This document shows positions 17,454 to 27,781 of a DNA stretch of 44,368 nt, piece by piece; the first letter of the stretch is position 1; every line of letters starts with the position of its first letter. The DNA comes from an uncultured Gemmatimonadota bacterium (GTDB taxonomy: Bacteria > Blakebacterota > Blakebacteria > Blakebacterales > Blakebacteraceae). A model generated the notes under the pieces. The model saw only the letters and a program-made list of their open reading frames with translations, did not search any database and was not told the DNA's origin. Position numbers and translations under genes: made by a program. Location of the stretch: contig CAZNUA010000031.1 of assembly GCA_964576115.1 (NCBI GenBank), positions 1 to 44,368 on the forward strand, in the 5' to 3' direction.

Positions 17454-19187
17454 TCAGCGGGGCGGCAACCGGAACTCGCGTCCCAGAGCCTGGCTGACGC
17501 CGGTCTCGATCACCTCGTCGCGTCCGACTCGGATGCCGGCCCGGGTCGGATGAACCTCGAGATCGGGTACGATACCGACCCGCTGGGTCGGTGTCCCGTC
17601 AGGGTAGAAGACCCCGATCCCGCTGATCATCGAGTTGAAGCCACCGGGCAGCGGTATGGGCGAGATATTGCCATCCGCGCCGGCGGTGGTACTGCCGACC
17701 ACGATCGCATTGGCACAGGTCCGCAGGGCCATGGTGGTGTATTCCGCCTGGCTCTGCGACACTTCGTCGATGAGAATGACCACTTTGCCCGGAAAATACG
17801 GTTCGAGGGGTCTCAGAGCTACGGGTTCGGACATGAAAAAAGCACCGGGATTCATCGGGTCTCCGGCGGAGAATTTCGCAAACGGCGTGACCTCGCGGAC
17901 CAGATGTCCCCCCAGGGAAAAGACCACGAATTCAGAGGGGTAGTTGCGGATGTCGATGACCAGAACGTCGGCTTCCAGGGCCCGCTCGATGCAGGTCTCG
18001 ATGGCCGAACCTTCCACCGAGGAGAGTTTGAGGTAGGCGACCTCGTCGGAGAGCATCTGGAAGGTGTCTCCCGGCAGATCGTGTACATGACCGACCTGGA
18101 GGTCGAGATCGTCCTCGGGGATCCGTTCGGCGACGATCTGAAAAGGAGTATTCGCTCTTCTGCCCGTGATGAGCACCGGACCGGCCTCGCCCCTGGTCAG
18201 GTTGCGCATCATGTCGCGCACCCGGGTCGGTCTGTTCGAGGCGGCATAGTAGGGCTCCCAGACGATGAGGAGAGAATCGACTGCGTGTCCCCCGATGGTC
18301 GTGATCACATCCCCGATCTCGAGGCCGCTGGCCGGTCCGAGGTCTGGATGCGTGTATCCGGTGATGGTGGCCTCCTCCTCGATGAAGCGGACCACGACCG
18401 GCAGATGGGCCGATCCCCGGGGCGGTCGCAGGTTCAGCGAACCCCAGAGATTGGCGTGGGTGTCATGAATCCGGGCGGTGGCCTGCATCATGACCAGCCG
18501 GTAGGAATCCTCGCTATCGGCAGCCATGACCCCGGGTATGAATTCGACCAGAACGTCCTCCCATTTCTCTCCGATCACATCGCGGTAGGGGAACCAGTAG
18601 GTCACGATGTTCCACAGCCGGAACAGAGCCAGGAGGCGATAGCCGGCATCGGGCAGGGGTAGATCGGCATACGGAGCTTCATTGGAGAAGATCGGATTTC
18701 CGACCTGGGGTGCCAGCTGGACATAGTGTTGCTCGCCGGTAGTGGAGCGGTTCCGATAGATGATTTCGAGCCGGCGACTGAGTTCACGACCGAGTGCGGA
18801 GCTATCGTGGATCCAGTCGATGTCGGGGGTGAGATAGGCGCCGGCGGGAAGCTCTGCCGGGGGATCACTCGGCTCCGGGTTTCCCAGCTCGGCCAGCCAG
18901 CGTGCCATCGCTGCCTGTGCCGCGGGCCGCCGTGCAGCCCGCAGAACCTCGGGCAGAACCCGGAACAGCTCGCTGTCCCAGTTCACGCCCCTGGAGGTGA
19001 CGTGCGGGTGGTGGTATTTGACGAACCCCCACACCTTCCCGAGGGTTGCCAGGTTATCGATCTGCAGAGTTGATAGCGGTTCGTATTCGATCCCCGATCC
19101 GGGGCTGGATTCCTGATCCGCGCCGGCCGACAGCGAACCCGATACGAACAGTATCGCAACGAGGAGGGCAGAGAGACGGGTTTTCAT
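17454..19187 (-). CDS. S41-family peptidase, secreted
   Basis: Signal peptide; KVWGFVKYHHP; LVIDIRNYP; SQSQAEYT; VVGSTTAGADG; QRVGIVPD. Confidence 0.92.
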   Translation of the reverse strand: MKTRLSALLVAILFVSGSLSAGADQESSPGSGIEYEPLSTLQIDNLATLGKVWGFVKYHHPHVTSRGVNWDSELFRVLPEVLRAARRPAAQAAMARWLAELGNPEPSDPPAELPAGAYLTPDIDWIHDSSALGRELSRRLEIIYRNRSTTGEQHYVQLAPQVGNPIFSNEAPYADLPLPDAGYRLLALFRLWNIVTYWFPYRDVIGEKWEDVLVEFIPGVMAADSEDSYRLVMMQATARIHDTHANLWGSLNLRPPRGSAHLPVVVRFIEEEATITGYTHPDLGPASGLEIGDVITTIGGHAVDSLLIVWEPYYAASNRPTRVRDMMRNLTRGEAGPVLITGRRANTPFQIVAERIPEDDLDLQVGHVHDLPGDTFQMLSDEVAYLKLSSVEGSAIETCIERALEADVLVIDIRNYPSEFVVFSLGGHLVREVTPFAKFSAGDPMNPGAFFMSEPVALRPLEPYFPGKVVILIDEVSQSQAEYTTMALRTCANAIVVGSTTAGADGNISPIPLPGGFNSMISGIGVFYPDGTPTQRVGIVPDLEVHPTRAGIRVGRDEVIETGVSQALGREFRLPPR

Positions 19188-19493
19188 GGGTATTGTCCCT
19201 GATTCTACAAGCGTGATCTGAAGACGATCATTCGATAGACAGCCTGAAGGTGTTCCCTGTGCGATGATGTGAGGTACTTCTATAACACGCGCCTGACAGG
19301 TGCGGGTTGCACTCGTGGTGATGATATCAGGTGTGCTCTTCGAGGCAGCCGTTCACAGATATGGTTGTCCGCTCATCCGGCATAGCCGATCCGCGGAGGC
19401 GTGTCGAGTTTGCTCCGGGTACAGGTCCCCTCCTGCACGAAGATCCTTTCGATGACGGAGCGCGTGATCTGGCCGTATATTTCGATCAGGACA

Positions 19494-21947
19494 CTAACGC
19501 AGGATAAGCATCTTCCTGGTTCTTCTCATCCCCTGCGCGCTCAACTCGATGATATAGATGCCGGTCGGTACGTATTGTCCGGTCTCGCTCCGGCTGTTCC
19601 ACCGGATCGTACCGTCGTGATAGATATTCGCCAGCACACCGCTGAAGAGTCTTCGGATGAGCCGGCCTCGGGTGTCGAAGATCCTGATTGTAACGGCTGT
19701 CTCTCCAGGCCCCAGTTCCGAGAGATCCAACCGCAAGGTGATCGGATTGGACACCGATGGATTCGAGGGATTCGGGTAGGGGGGAAGCAGCTCGGGCTCC
19801 ATCGTCAGCTGCTCGTCGCAGGCGGTGGAGGGATTCCAGGCGGTGATACTGATGTTGTCGATGCTCCAGCCTGCCGAGCTGAGGTCGGCGTATTTCGAAT
19901 ACCAGCTGAGCCACAGGTCACCGGCCGCCAGGTAGGGAGAGAGGTCAATCCGGGCTTCTTCCCATCCGCTCCGACTGCCGGTCGTGAAGAAAAGGATGGG
20001 ATCGCGTTCCTGGTCGATTTCTCCGGGATCGGCACGGGGACGTGGAATAGTGCTGATCGTCACCAAACCCAGATTGCGGTCACCCAGGGTGGGCCGGTGG
20101 CTGAAACTCAAAAAGGCTCCCTCGTAACCCGACAGGATTACCGGGTCATTCAGATCGAACCAGTTCTGACTGAAGGTCACCTCTCCCAGGGGGGCGTCGG
20201 TGACGAGATCATCCTCACCCGAAGGGGTATGGCTCGAAAGAGTGAAACCGTTGATCAGGGTCCAGTCACCGGTTCCCCTCTCCCAGTTTTCGGTCAGCAG
20301 GATCTCCGGTGTTCCGGCGTACAGGGCCAGGGTGTCGGTTCGCGTGTACCCGGCCGGGGTATCGACACGCATGGCGATTGGGATACGCCGTCCATAGGCT
20401 TCGGGGCCGATCTGGAAGGTGAACGGTTCTGGAGCGGCCCGGCTTTCTCCGACAGCAAAGTCTCCGAGTAAGATCTGGTCTCTCAATACCGTGATATTCG
20501 CTGAAAGGCTGGTCACGGCAGCCGTCACGCTCTCAAGGCTCCGGGAGATCCCGGCGTTTTTCCACGTCGTTGACTGGCTGAACATCCCGCTCCGGGTGCC
20601 ATCTACGGGGAAGGCGGCCGTGCTTTCCCGGCTTGCCGTGAAGGCGCGTTCATCGAGCGTCAGCAGGGCCCCGGCCATCCACGCCGTGATGTAATTGGCC
20701 CCCATATGCTCTCTGGTGAGCTCCGCTATCCGGCTGGTCGCCGGCCAGAAAGCGTCGTTCCGGTTGCCGACCTCCGGAATCACGGCCAGCACCCCTTCCG
20801 CTCCGTGCTGCCAGTCAGTGGCACTGCCATTGGTGTGATACCCGATCATGGTGGCGTCGGTTCCGTACGGGAAACCGTTGACGGCCGCCATATTCCGGCA
20901 CCAGGCCCGATACTCTTCAACGCGATCCACCGTCTCGGTCGTATACCCCCAGGGGTGGATATACACGTCACTGTAGGAATGGTAGTTGAGGATGAACTCA
21001 AAAGGTCGGGTCTGAACGACATCCCGGACCGCCCGGGTCTCGGGTTCGCTGAAGGGGGCGGTACCGCGGTAGTTGGAGGTGGAGAAATCGGGACTGGAGC
21101 CGATGTCATCCTCACCCCAGTGGAAACCGAAATTCCGGTTCAGGTCGACGCCGTCAACGGAGGGATTGAACACCCCGTCGCCGTCATTGTCCCTCATGTT
21201 CTTGCGCCACATGCCTCCGCCGGCGGCGGCAGTGAGTTCGTTGTAGGAATACCCGTCCGGATTCAGGACAGGCACGAACCACAGTTCGCGGGAGGAGAGG
21301 AGGTAGCGAACATCGGCATCTCCGGAGTCGTATTCCCCGGCCAGATCTTCCACGAAACCCAGCAGGACCATCATCCCGATCGCCTCGCGGGCATGGATCA
21401 GACTGTTGTAGAACACCGCCGGCCGGGTCAGGTCGGGGCTGGCGGGGTCGGGATCATCCGACACGATGAAAGCCCAGATCGTCCGGCCCTCGATGGATGT
21501 GCCCACTCCGAACCGGGGACTGATGATATCGGAGTGGGCCGTGGCCATACTGTCCATCCAGGTCTCCACCTCGGCCAGGGTGTAATAGCCGCCCATACTA
21601 CCCGGTCCGAGCGAGGCATGCAGTCGCCGGGCGAAATAGTCCGTAGCATCAGGGTGAATCACCTGGGGGGCGATGCCCCGATCGCGCAGGGCCTGGAGTT
21701 CCCGCGGATTCACATAGAGAGTCACAGCCCGCTGGCGGGGTCCTGAGAATGCCTCGATACCCAGTCTCGACACGGCCTCCAGATCGGCCCGGCTGGGTTC
21801 GATGAGTCTGATGATCGAGTAGCGTTCAGGAGGTTCCTGGGCCCGGATGTCAGTCAAACCGCTGACCAGAAGGGCCACGAGGACAAGGGGATACAAAAGA
21901 TCTGAGGCCGTGTGTTGCAATCTCTCGAGCATGACCGCCAGCTTCAT
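19494..21947 (-). CDS. M14 zinc carboxypeptidase (carboxypeptidase T-like) with C-terminal FlgD Ig-like domain
   Basis: IHARE, VPVLNPDG, WRKN, GVDLNRN, FSEPET, NYHSY; C-terminal YPNPSNP...IFDTRGRLIRRL...WNSRSETGQYVPTGIY. Confidence 0.92.
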   Translation of the reverse strand: MKLAVMLERLQHTASDLLYPLVLVALLVSGLTDIRAQEPPERYSIIRLIEPSRADLEAVSRLGIEAFSGPRQRAVTLYVNPRELQALRDRGIAPQVIHPDATDYFARRLHASLGPGSMGGYYTLAEVETWMDSMATAHSDIISPRFGVGTSIEGRTIWAFIVSDDPDPASPDLTRPAVFYNSLIHAREAIGMMVLLGFVEDLAGEYDSGDADVRYLLSSRELWFVPVLNPDGYSYNELTAAAGGGMWRKNMRDNDGDGVFNPSVDGVDLNRNFGFHWGEDDIGSSPDFSTSNYRGTAPFSEPETRAVRDVVQTRPFEFILNYHSYSDVYIHPWGYTTETVDRVEEYRAWCRNMAAVNGFPYGTDATMIGYHTNGSATDWQHGAEGVLAVIPEVGNRNDAFWPATSRIAELTREHMGANYITAWMAGALLTLDERAFTASRESTAAFPVDGTRSGMFSQSTTWKNAGISRSLESVTAAVTSLSANITVLRDQILLGDFAVGESRAAPEPFTFQIGPEAYGRRIPIAMRVDTPAGYTRTDTLALYAGTPEILLTENWERGTGDWTLINGFTLSSHTPSGEDDLVTDAPLGEVTFSQNWFDLNDPVILSGYEGAFLSFSHRPTLGDRNLGLVTISTIPRPRADPGEIDQERDPILFFTTGSRSGWEEARIDLSPYLAAGDLWLSWYSKYADLSSAGWSIDNISITAWNPSTACDEQLTMEPELLPPYPNPSNPSVSNPITLRLDLSELGPGETAVTIRIFDTRGRLIRRLFSGVLANIYHDGTIRWNSRSETGQYVPTGIYIIELSAQGMRRTRKMLILR

Positions 21948-22203
21948 CTCACTCCCGATTGATGCCCGCTACGCATGAATAACGGGTGAAGCTCGGCCTT
22001 TTGTTACAATGCACCTTCTGAAAGCCCCTGGAGACCATGCAAAGTGGAATAGAAGTGAATTGAGATGACCCGGTGAGTACATCGGGGCCAGACGCCGGGC
22101 ACCTATTCCCGCTTCGGCCCCCCCAGACCGAGAGCCATGACGAGCGGCAGGCAGGACAGTCGTATCAACATTGGGTATAGTATCGCATGTTTTACGGAAT
22201 TCC

Positions 22204-23028
22204 TTATTTAATATTCCACAATTCCAGAGAATCTAATACCGTACTTGAGGCAACTTCCTGGAAATAAACTGCTTCATTCTCAGAGATATTCGCATAATAA
22301 TCGGTTCCGGTTGTGCTCTCCTGGAATATCGTGGAATATATCACACAGGCCATGAGATATGAGCCTTTGAGAGAAGGATGATTCCAGTCACTCATATGGA
22401 GATAATGAAGAGGATAGTTCTTTTCCTGCAGGACTGTATTCCACGCCCAACCAACTGGAGAGATGATCAATCCAAGAGCATCAGAATACGCAATAGTATT
22501 ATCAAATATCTTCTTTTGCATGGCAGCATAATCATCTGTCCAACCAGATAACCATGTCATTCCATCTTCATAGGCCCAGGGTAAACAATAGACGATTCTT
22601 GTCGTGTTGCAGTTGGCCAGAATTTTGTTCTGCAGAGTTATGAGTGCAGGATAAACGGGGTGATGTGTATAGTACTCGGGGTACGCCATGAGGCTTCCTA
22701 CTCCCTGCAGAATAACGTAATCCCACTCTTTCTCATTAATTTTCGACTCAGTACTGGCAAGATTGGCATGATCGGCTAGATACAGGCCGCTTGTGATCGC
22801 ACTATGAATATCAACACTCTTGCTATTTTGATCTGACAGATTATTTACAATATCAGGCAGTCTATTATACGCAAAATAACTACTCCCTATAAATAGGATG
22901 ATTATTGAAGAGCTGGAGTCCAAATGTGGATCGTCGATATTATTGTCCTCATGAGTGTCAAGAATGTTGCAACCCGTAAGGGTTATAAATAAAACAATAA
23001 TAAATAACATCATTCCTATATTTTTCAT
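22204..23028 (-). CDS. SGNH/GDSL-like (DUF4886-like) lipoprotein, AT-rich
   Basis: Start moved to ATG 23028 (MKNIG...LTGC lipobox); ILFIGSSY, WDYVILQ, PVGWAW, DWNHPSLKGSYL. Composition is much more AT-rich than the flanks. Confidence 0.8.
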   Translation of the reverse strand: MKNIGMMLFIIVLFITLTGCNILDTHEDNNIDDPHLDSSSSIIILFIGSSYFAYNRLPDIVNNLSDQNSKSVDIHSAITSGLYLADHANLASTESKINEKEWDYVILQGVGSLMAYPEYYTHHPVYPALITLQNKILANCNTTRIVYCLPWAYEDGMTWLSGWTDDYAAMQKKIFDNTIAYSDALGLIISPVGWAWNTVLQEKNYPLHYLHMSDWNHPSLKGSYLMACVIYSTIFQESTTGTDYYANISENEAVYFQEVASSTVLDSLELWNIK

Positions 23029-23345
23029 CGCATTATTTCTCATCTGCATTTTGTTATCTTGACAGAGGTGATCTGTTTTGTCGGCGCATATGAGCTGTCG
23101 GATCTCTGTAACATCTGCACCGATACTGCATGGATGAAATCTGTGAAGGGGAATGCCTCCTGCACAATATGAAACGTCCCAATCGAGGAAAAAGGTCCAT
23201 GCCTGTTTGGTATCGCAGTCCGCTCTCAGGTTGGTGTCGGTCACGCTCAACTCTTGTGCGGTGAGAACCGTTCCAGGGTTTGGACGACATTCCGCCGGTA
23301 CGATCCTCCGATCGGGATGGTGCGCCGGACGATCTGCAGACACAC

Positions 23346-23787
23346 GCGGCGAGCGGTCACATCGGGGCAGGGGAACCGGTTGCAGGCGGGAGCCGGATTT
23401 ACCCCGACCTTGGGGCCGGGGGATTGTGGACGACTCCGGCCGATCTGGCCTGTTTCGTGATCGAGATCCACGCCGCCCTGGTCGAGGACCGCGGCCGGGT
23501 GCTCTCCCGCGATATGGCTCGAACGATGCTGACCGAAGTATCCAACGGCGTGGGATTGGGGTTGGGTATTAGTGTACGGCTGGCCCGGACCGGCGCTAAT
23601 GGAACTGGAAGCGCACTCCCCCGGTACGGATGAACTCGAGGCGTACACAGGGCGTTACGCCATCAACGAGGACTACATTGTGACGATCAGCCTCGAAGCT
23701 GGTCGCCTGAAGATCTCGCATTTCGAGGGTGAGGATTACATGGAGCAGAGGCTTCCTGAACTGGTCCTCGCCCCACAAGTGTTTTAG
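23346..23787 (+). pseudogene. Remnant of a beta-lactamase-family serine hydrolase (C-terminal part, internally deleted and frameshifted)
   Basis: AASGH..GEPVAGGSRIYPDLGAGGLWTTPADLA...MLT...GVGLG in one frame, then YGWP...LEAYTGRY in another. No N-terminus, no SxxK, no HxG block. Confidence 0.7.
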
Positions 23788-23885
23788 TCATATGGGTTTA
23801 TGAAAAGGCACAGCGCAGAAACAGGCCTGACATGAAGCTGCCGGACTCATGGAATTGATGAAACCCGCGGTGGAATCGTTGCGTA

Positions 23886-23904
23886 CATATGAACAATTCA
23901 TATG
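23886..23904. promoter_or_regulatory. Palindrome upstream of the second padR (candidate operator)
   Basis: catatgaa-caa-ttcatatg, perfect 8-bp arms, 70 bp upstream of the padR ATG. Confidence 0.45.
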
Positions 23905-23974
23905 AACACGTAAATGCAAACGATTGCCCCGGGCCTCGACGTGGTCGATCCGGCAACACGCAGTGAGGGAACGC

Positions 23975-24325
23975 ATGACCAGAAACAGTGCCAGTCGGCT
24001 GTACGGGAATCTCGATCTGTTGATCCTGAAAACCCTGAAGGTGAAAGGGCCCGCCCACGGCCTGGATGTCATCGACGCTATCGGGGCTCATTCCGGACAT
24101 GAGATCGAGGTCGAATACGGAGCTCTCTACCGGGCTCTCTACCGCCTGGAGGAGCACGGTCTGGTCAAATCGGAGTGGAAGATCTCCGAGAAGAACCGGC
24201 GGGCGAAGTTTTATCGGATCACGACCGCCGGGCGCACCGAACTCGAACGCACCCAGGAGGAATGGACCCGTCACACCCGCGCCGTGGGCCGGATTCTCGG
24301 TCTCGAGCCGGAGGTGTCCCCGTGA
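23975..24325 (+). CDS. PadR-family transcriptional regulator (acidobacterial type)
   Basis: ATG 23975 after GAGGGA; GNLDLLILKTL, GALYRALYRLE, WKISEKNRRAKFYRIT. Confidence 0.95.
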   Translation: MTRNSASRLYGNLDLLILKTLKVKGPAHGLDVIDAIGAHSGHEIEVEYGALYRALYRLEEHGLVKSEWKISEKNRRAKFYRITTAGRTELERTQEEWTRHTRAVGRILGLEPEVSP

Positions 24326-26985
24326 GCCGCCCGGGGGAGTGGAAGCGCCTCTTCCGTCTGACCGAAACCCGCCGGCAGACAGAAGAGCAGGTCGACGAGG
24401 AGCTGGAATATCTGCATGAGAAATTGATCGAGCGGTTGACGGCCCGGGGGCTGAGTCGTCCGGACGCGGAGGCGGAAGCCCGGCGGCGCCTGGACGCAGT
24501 TCAGGGAGCCCGCTTCGATCTGGTCGAGGGGGCTCAACGGGCCGCCCGTAATCACCGGCACCGTTTCTACCGCGACGGACTCCGCCACGACCTGCGGATG
24601 GGTCTGCGCCAGTTCCGCCGCCAGCCGGGTTTCTCGGCTCTGGTGATCGCTACCCTGACTCTGGGGATCGGAGCCGGCACGGCCGTCTTCACGATTCTGA
24701 ACGCCTTCCTGCTCGCGCCTCTGCCGTTCGGGAATCCCGACGAACTGGTCGATGTGAACGAGACCGCCCTCAATGTCGGGATCGAGCGGATGAACGTGGC
24801 CTATCCCGATTACCTCGACTGGAAGCGGGAGAACCGCGTTTTTACCGGCCTGGCTGCCTACGACCTGGATGAGGTGCCCGTAGTCGGCGACGGCGATCCC
24901 CAGCGGTTGCGCACGGCCCTGGTCAGCATCGATTTCTTCCACGTTCTCGGGGTCGAGCCGCAGCTGGGTCGGTCCTTCATGGATGGTGAAGGGATCGCGG
25001 GCGCTGCACCCGTGGCCGTGATCGGCAGCGGGCTGTGGAAGCGGCGCTACGGAGCCGATCCCGATCTGGTGGGCCGGTCGATTATCCTGCAGGGCCGCAG
25101 CCGCACCATCGTGGGGGTGATGCCCGACGGATTCCGCTTTCCCGACAATGTGGATATCTGGCTGCCCGAAACGCTGAGCGCCGCCCGGAACGCCCGCGAC
25201 GACTACTCGCACGAGGTCGTCGGCCGTCTGCGGCCGGGGATCTCTGTGGCCGAGGCGCTGAGGGATATCGAGCGGATCGAAGCGGGCATCGCCGCCGAGA
25301 TCGACTACAAGTCCAACATCGGCGTGACCGTGACTCCTGTGCGCGCTCTCTACACCCGTGACATCAAGCCGGCGGTGCTGCTCGCCTTCGGCGCCGTCAT
25401 TTTCCTGGTGCTCATCGCCTGTGCCAACGTCGCCAACCTGCTCCTGGCCCGTTCCACGATACGTCAGCATGAGATCGCGGTGCGCTCCTCGCTCGGGGCT
25501 CATCGCCGCCATCTCATCCGTCAGCTCCTGGTCGAAAGCCTCTTTCTGGCACTGCTCGGCGGTTGTTTGGGTCTGGTGCTGGGCATCGGCGGCAGGAGTC
25601 TGCTGACCGCGATCATCCCGATCGAGGTTCCCTTCTGGGTCACTTTCACGATCGATGCCCGGGTTCTTCTCTTCACCATCGGTATCTCGGTGCTGACCGG
25701 ACTCCTCTTCGGTCTGGCACCAGCCCTCAAGGGTACGCGCTTCAGCCTGGTGGAGGTCCTCAAGGAGGGCGGGCGGACCGGTACGACGGGAGCCCGGGGA
25801 CACCGCCTGCAGGATATGCTCGTCATCTCCGAGGTCACCCTGGCGCTCGTGCTCCTGATCAGCGCCGGCCTGCTGATACAGGGACTGCGCAATCTCAACG
25901 CGATCGATCCCGGCTACGAGACCGAGAACATCATCAGCATGCGGGTCGCTCTGCCGCCGGAGGAATACGGCGAGCGGGAGCAGCGGGTGCAGTTCTTCGA
26001 ACAGGTCTGCGAGCGGATCGAGGCTCAACCGGGGGTGGTGTCGACCGCGGTCGTTTCGAACCTGCCGATCGGCGGCGAACTCTGGGGGGTCAGCTACACC
26101 GTGGAGGGCGCACCTCCCTACGAGCCCGGACAGATCCCGGTGACCAATCTGTTCGTCGTTTCTCCCGGCTATCGCGAAACCCTGGGGATAGATCTCCGGC
26201 AGGGTCGTGACTTCACTCTCGTCGATGACAGAGGCGGTCGGGACCTGACGGCGTTGGTCAGCGAAGTCATGGCCGAACGCTGGTGGCCCGATGAGAACCC
26301 TCTCGGTCGCCGGTTCAAGTTCGGCGATGAAACCTCGGACTTCCCGTGGGTGACCGTCGTGGGGGTGGTGCGGAACATCCGCAAGGCCAGTCTGCGGGCC
26401 GAAGACCGCGAGAGCGTCTACATGCCCCTGCGCCAGCTCGTCCAACTCGAGATGAACGTCATCGTGCGGACCGAGACCGATCCCCGCTCACTGGTGGGGG
26501 CGATGCAGCGGGCGGTCTGGGAGATGGAGCCCAATCTGCCGGTCGACAATGTCTGGACGATGGAGAGTCTGGTCAGCGACTCGATCTGGCAATCCCGGCT
26601 CACCTCGTGGGTCGTCACCCTCTTCAGCGCCCTGGCCCTGGTCATGACCGCCACCGGTCTCTTCGGGGTGATCTCATACTACGTGTCCCGCAAGACACAC
26701 GAGATCGGCCTGCGCCTGGCTCTGGGAGCGAGCCGGGCTGCGGTCGTGCGTAGCGTGCTGGGGCGCAGCCTGAGCCTGGTCGCGGCGGGTCTGGTGCTGG
26801 GTACCGCGCTCTCTCTGGGCACGACCCACCTGCTCACCGGACTGCTCTACGGAATATCGAGCACCGATCCGACCACCTTTATCGGGACGATCGTGTTGAT
26901 GACTGCAATCGCCCTGGTGGCCGGATACGTCCCCACCCTCCGGGCCACCCGGATCGCTCCGGTCATCGCTCTGCGTCAGGAGTGA
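24322..26985 (+). CDS. Duplicated orphan ABC permease (ADOP; MacB_PCD/FtsX x2)
   Basis: GTG 24322 overlaps the padR stop (GTGA); TLTLGIGAGTAVF, LIACANVANLLLAR, HEIGLRLALGA, APVIALRQE. Confidence 0.93.
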   Translation: MSRPGEWKRLFRLTETRRQTEEQVDEELEYLHEKLIERLTARGLSRPDAEAEARRRLDAVQGARFDLVEGAQRAARNHRHRFYRDGLRHDLRMGLRQFRRQPGFSALVIATLTLGIGAGTAVFTILNAFLLAPLPFGNPDELVDVNETALNVGIERMNVAYPDYLDWKRENRVFTGLAAYDLDEVPVVGDGDPQRLRTALVSIDFFHVLGVEPQLGRSFMDGEGIAGAAPVAVIGSGLWKRRYGADPDLVGRSIILQGRSRTIVGVMPDGFRFPDNVDIWLPETLSAARNARDDYSHEVVGRLRPGISVAEALRDIERIEAGIAAEIDYKSNIGVTVTPVRALYTRDIKPAVLLAFGAVIFLVLIACANVANLLLARSTIRQHEIAVRSSLGAHRRHLIRQLLVESLFLALLGGCLGLVLGIGGRSLLTAIIPIEVPFWVTFTIDARVLLFTIGISVLTGLLFGLAPALKGTRFSLVEVLKEGGRTGTTGARGHRLQDMLVISEVTLALVLLISAGLLIQGLRNLNAIDPGYETENIISMRVALPPEEYGEREQRVQFFEQVCERIEAQPGVVSTAVVSNLPIGGELWGVSYTVEGAPPYEPGQIPVTNLFVVSPGYRETLGIDLRQGRDFTLVDDRGGRDLTALVSEVMAERWWPDENPLGRRFKFGDETSDFPWVTVVGVVRNIRKASLRAEDRESVYMPLRQLVQLEMNVIVRTETDPRSLVGAMQRAVWEMEPNLPVDNVWTMESLVSDSIWQSRLTSWVVTLFSALALVMTATGLFGVISYYVSRKTHEIGLRLALGASRAAVVRSVLGRSLSLVAAGLVLGTALSLGTTHLLTGLLYGISSTDPTTFIGTIVLMTAIALVAGYVPTLRATRIAPVIALRQE

Positions 26986-27028
26986 GAAACTCTGTGCCGG
27001 TGAGTGTTCTGCGTCGGGAGTGAGGGGC
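26917..27028. repeat. Direct repeat copy B1 (112 bp: last 69 bp of ADOP plus 43 bp downstream)
   Basis: Identical to 27782-27893 except C26977 versus T27842. Confidence 0.97.
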
Positions 27029-27138
27029 ACGGTTCGGAATCGGGATATGTGTTTTCAGGTTCATTCCGTAGAAACCTGAACGGTGTCGTCTGTCGTTCAA
27101 GACTTGAAGGTGCTCTGAAAGATGAGCAAACTACCAAT

Positions 27139-27435
27139 ATGAATCTCGAAGAATTCAAACAGGCAGCCCTGCCGGCCTGTAAGCGATACGATGTCAAGAG
27201 ACTCGATGTGTTCGGTTCGCTCGCCCGGGGTGCGATTTCTCCGTCGAGTGATATCGATCTTCTGGTCGAATTCCACGATCCCGGTAGAGAACCAGCCAGA
27301 CGCTTCTTCGGTTTCCTGCACTACCTCGAGGATCTTCTGGATTGCAGTATTGACCTCCTGACGGCAACGAGTCTCCGGAATCCATATTTCAGAGCGCGGA
27401 TCGAGAGAGAAAAGGTGCCGGTCTATGAAGGATGA
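27139..27435 (+). CDS. Minimal nucleotidyltransferase (MNT) antitoxin, MntA-like
   Basis: GSLARGAISPSSDID matches GSX10DXD; SLRNPYFRARIE. Start at ATG 27139; overlaps the HEPN gene start. Confidence 0.92.
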   Translation: MNLEEFKQAALPACKRYDVKRLDVFGSLARGAISPSSDIDLLVEFHDPGREPARRFFGFLHYLEDLLDCSIDLLTATSLRNPYFRARIEREKVPVYEG

Positions 27436-27760
27436 GGTTCTGGCTCACCTCTATGATATCCGAGAGGCGGCAATAGCGATCAGGACCTTCATCTCGGGTC
27501 TGAGTTTCGAGGATTACACAACCGATGAGCTTCTGCGAAGCGGTGTTGAACGGAAGTTCGAGATCATCGGGGAAGCTCTGACACGAGTACGTGATACCGA
27601 TCCCGACGTCGTGGAACAGATCCAGGCCTACCGCGAGGTCATTTCATTTCGGAACATCCTGATTCACGGATACAACAACATCGACGATCGGATAGTGTGG
27701 GGCATAATCGAGGAAGATCTGGATCGGCTTCTGGATGATGTCGGACGACTCTTGGTCTGA
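27425..27760 (+). CDS. HEPN (DUF86) ribonuclease toxin, HepT-like
   Basis: VERKFEIIGEA; RNILIHGY matches RX4HXY; IVWGII. Confidence 0.93.
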   Translation: MKDEVLAHLYDIREAAIAIRTFISGLSFEDYTTDELLRSGVERKFEIIGEALTRVRDTDPDVVEQIQAYREVISFRNILIHGYNNIDDRIVWGIIEEDLDRLLDDVGRLLV

Positions 27761-27781
27761 CGGGTACTGCAGAAACAGCCA

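Noticed and set aside
19400-19490. Minus-strand IEIYGQITRSVIERIFVQEG resembling a membrane-fusion-protein fragment
   Set aside because: Too short, with no start or context; cannot be supported without a search.
23239-23265. Short resemblance (aactcttgtgcggtgag) to the sequence after the second ADOP stop (aactctgtgccggtgag) as a fourth flanking repeat
   Set aside because: Only about 17 bp and needs gaps; not distinguishable from chance.
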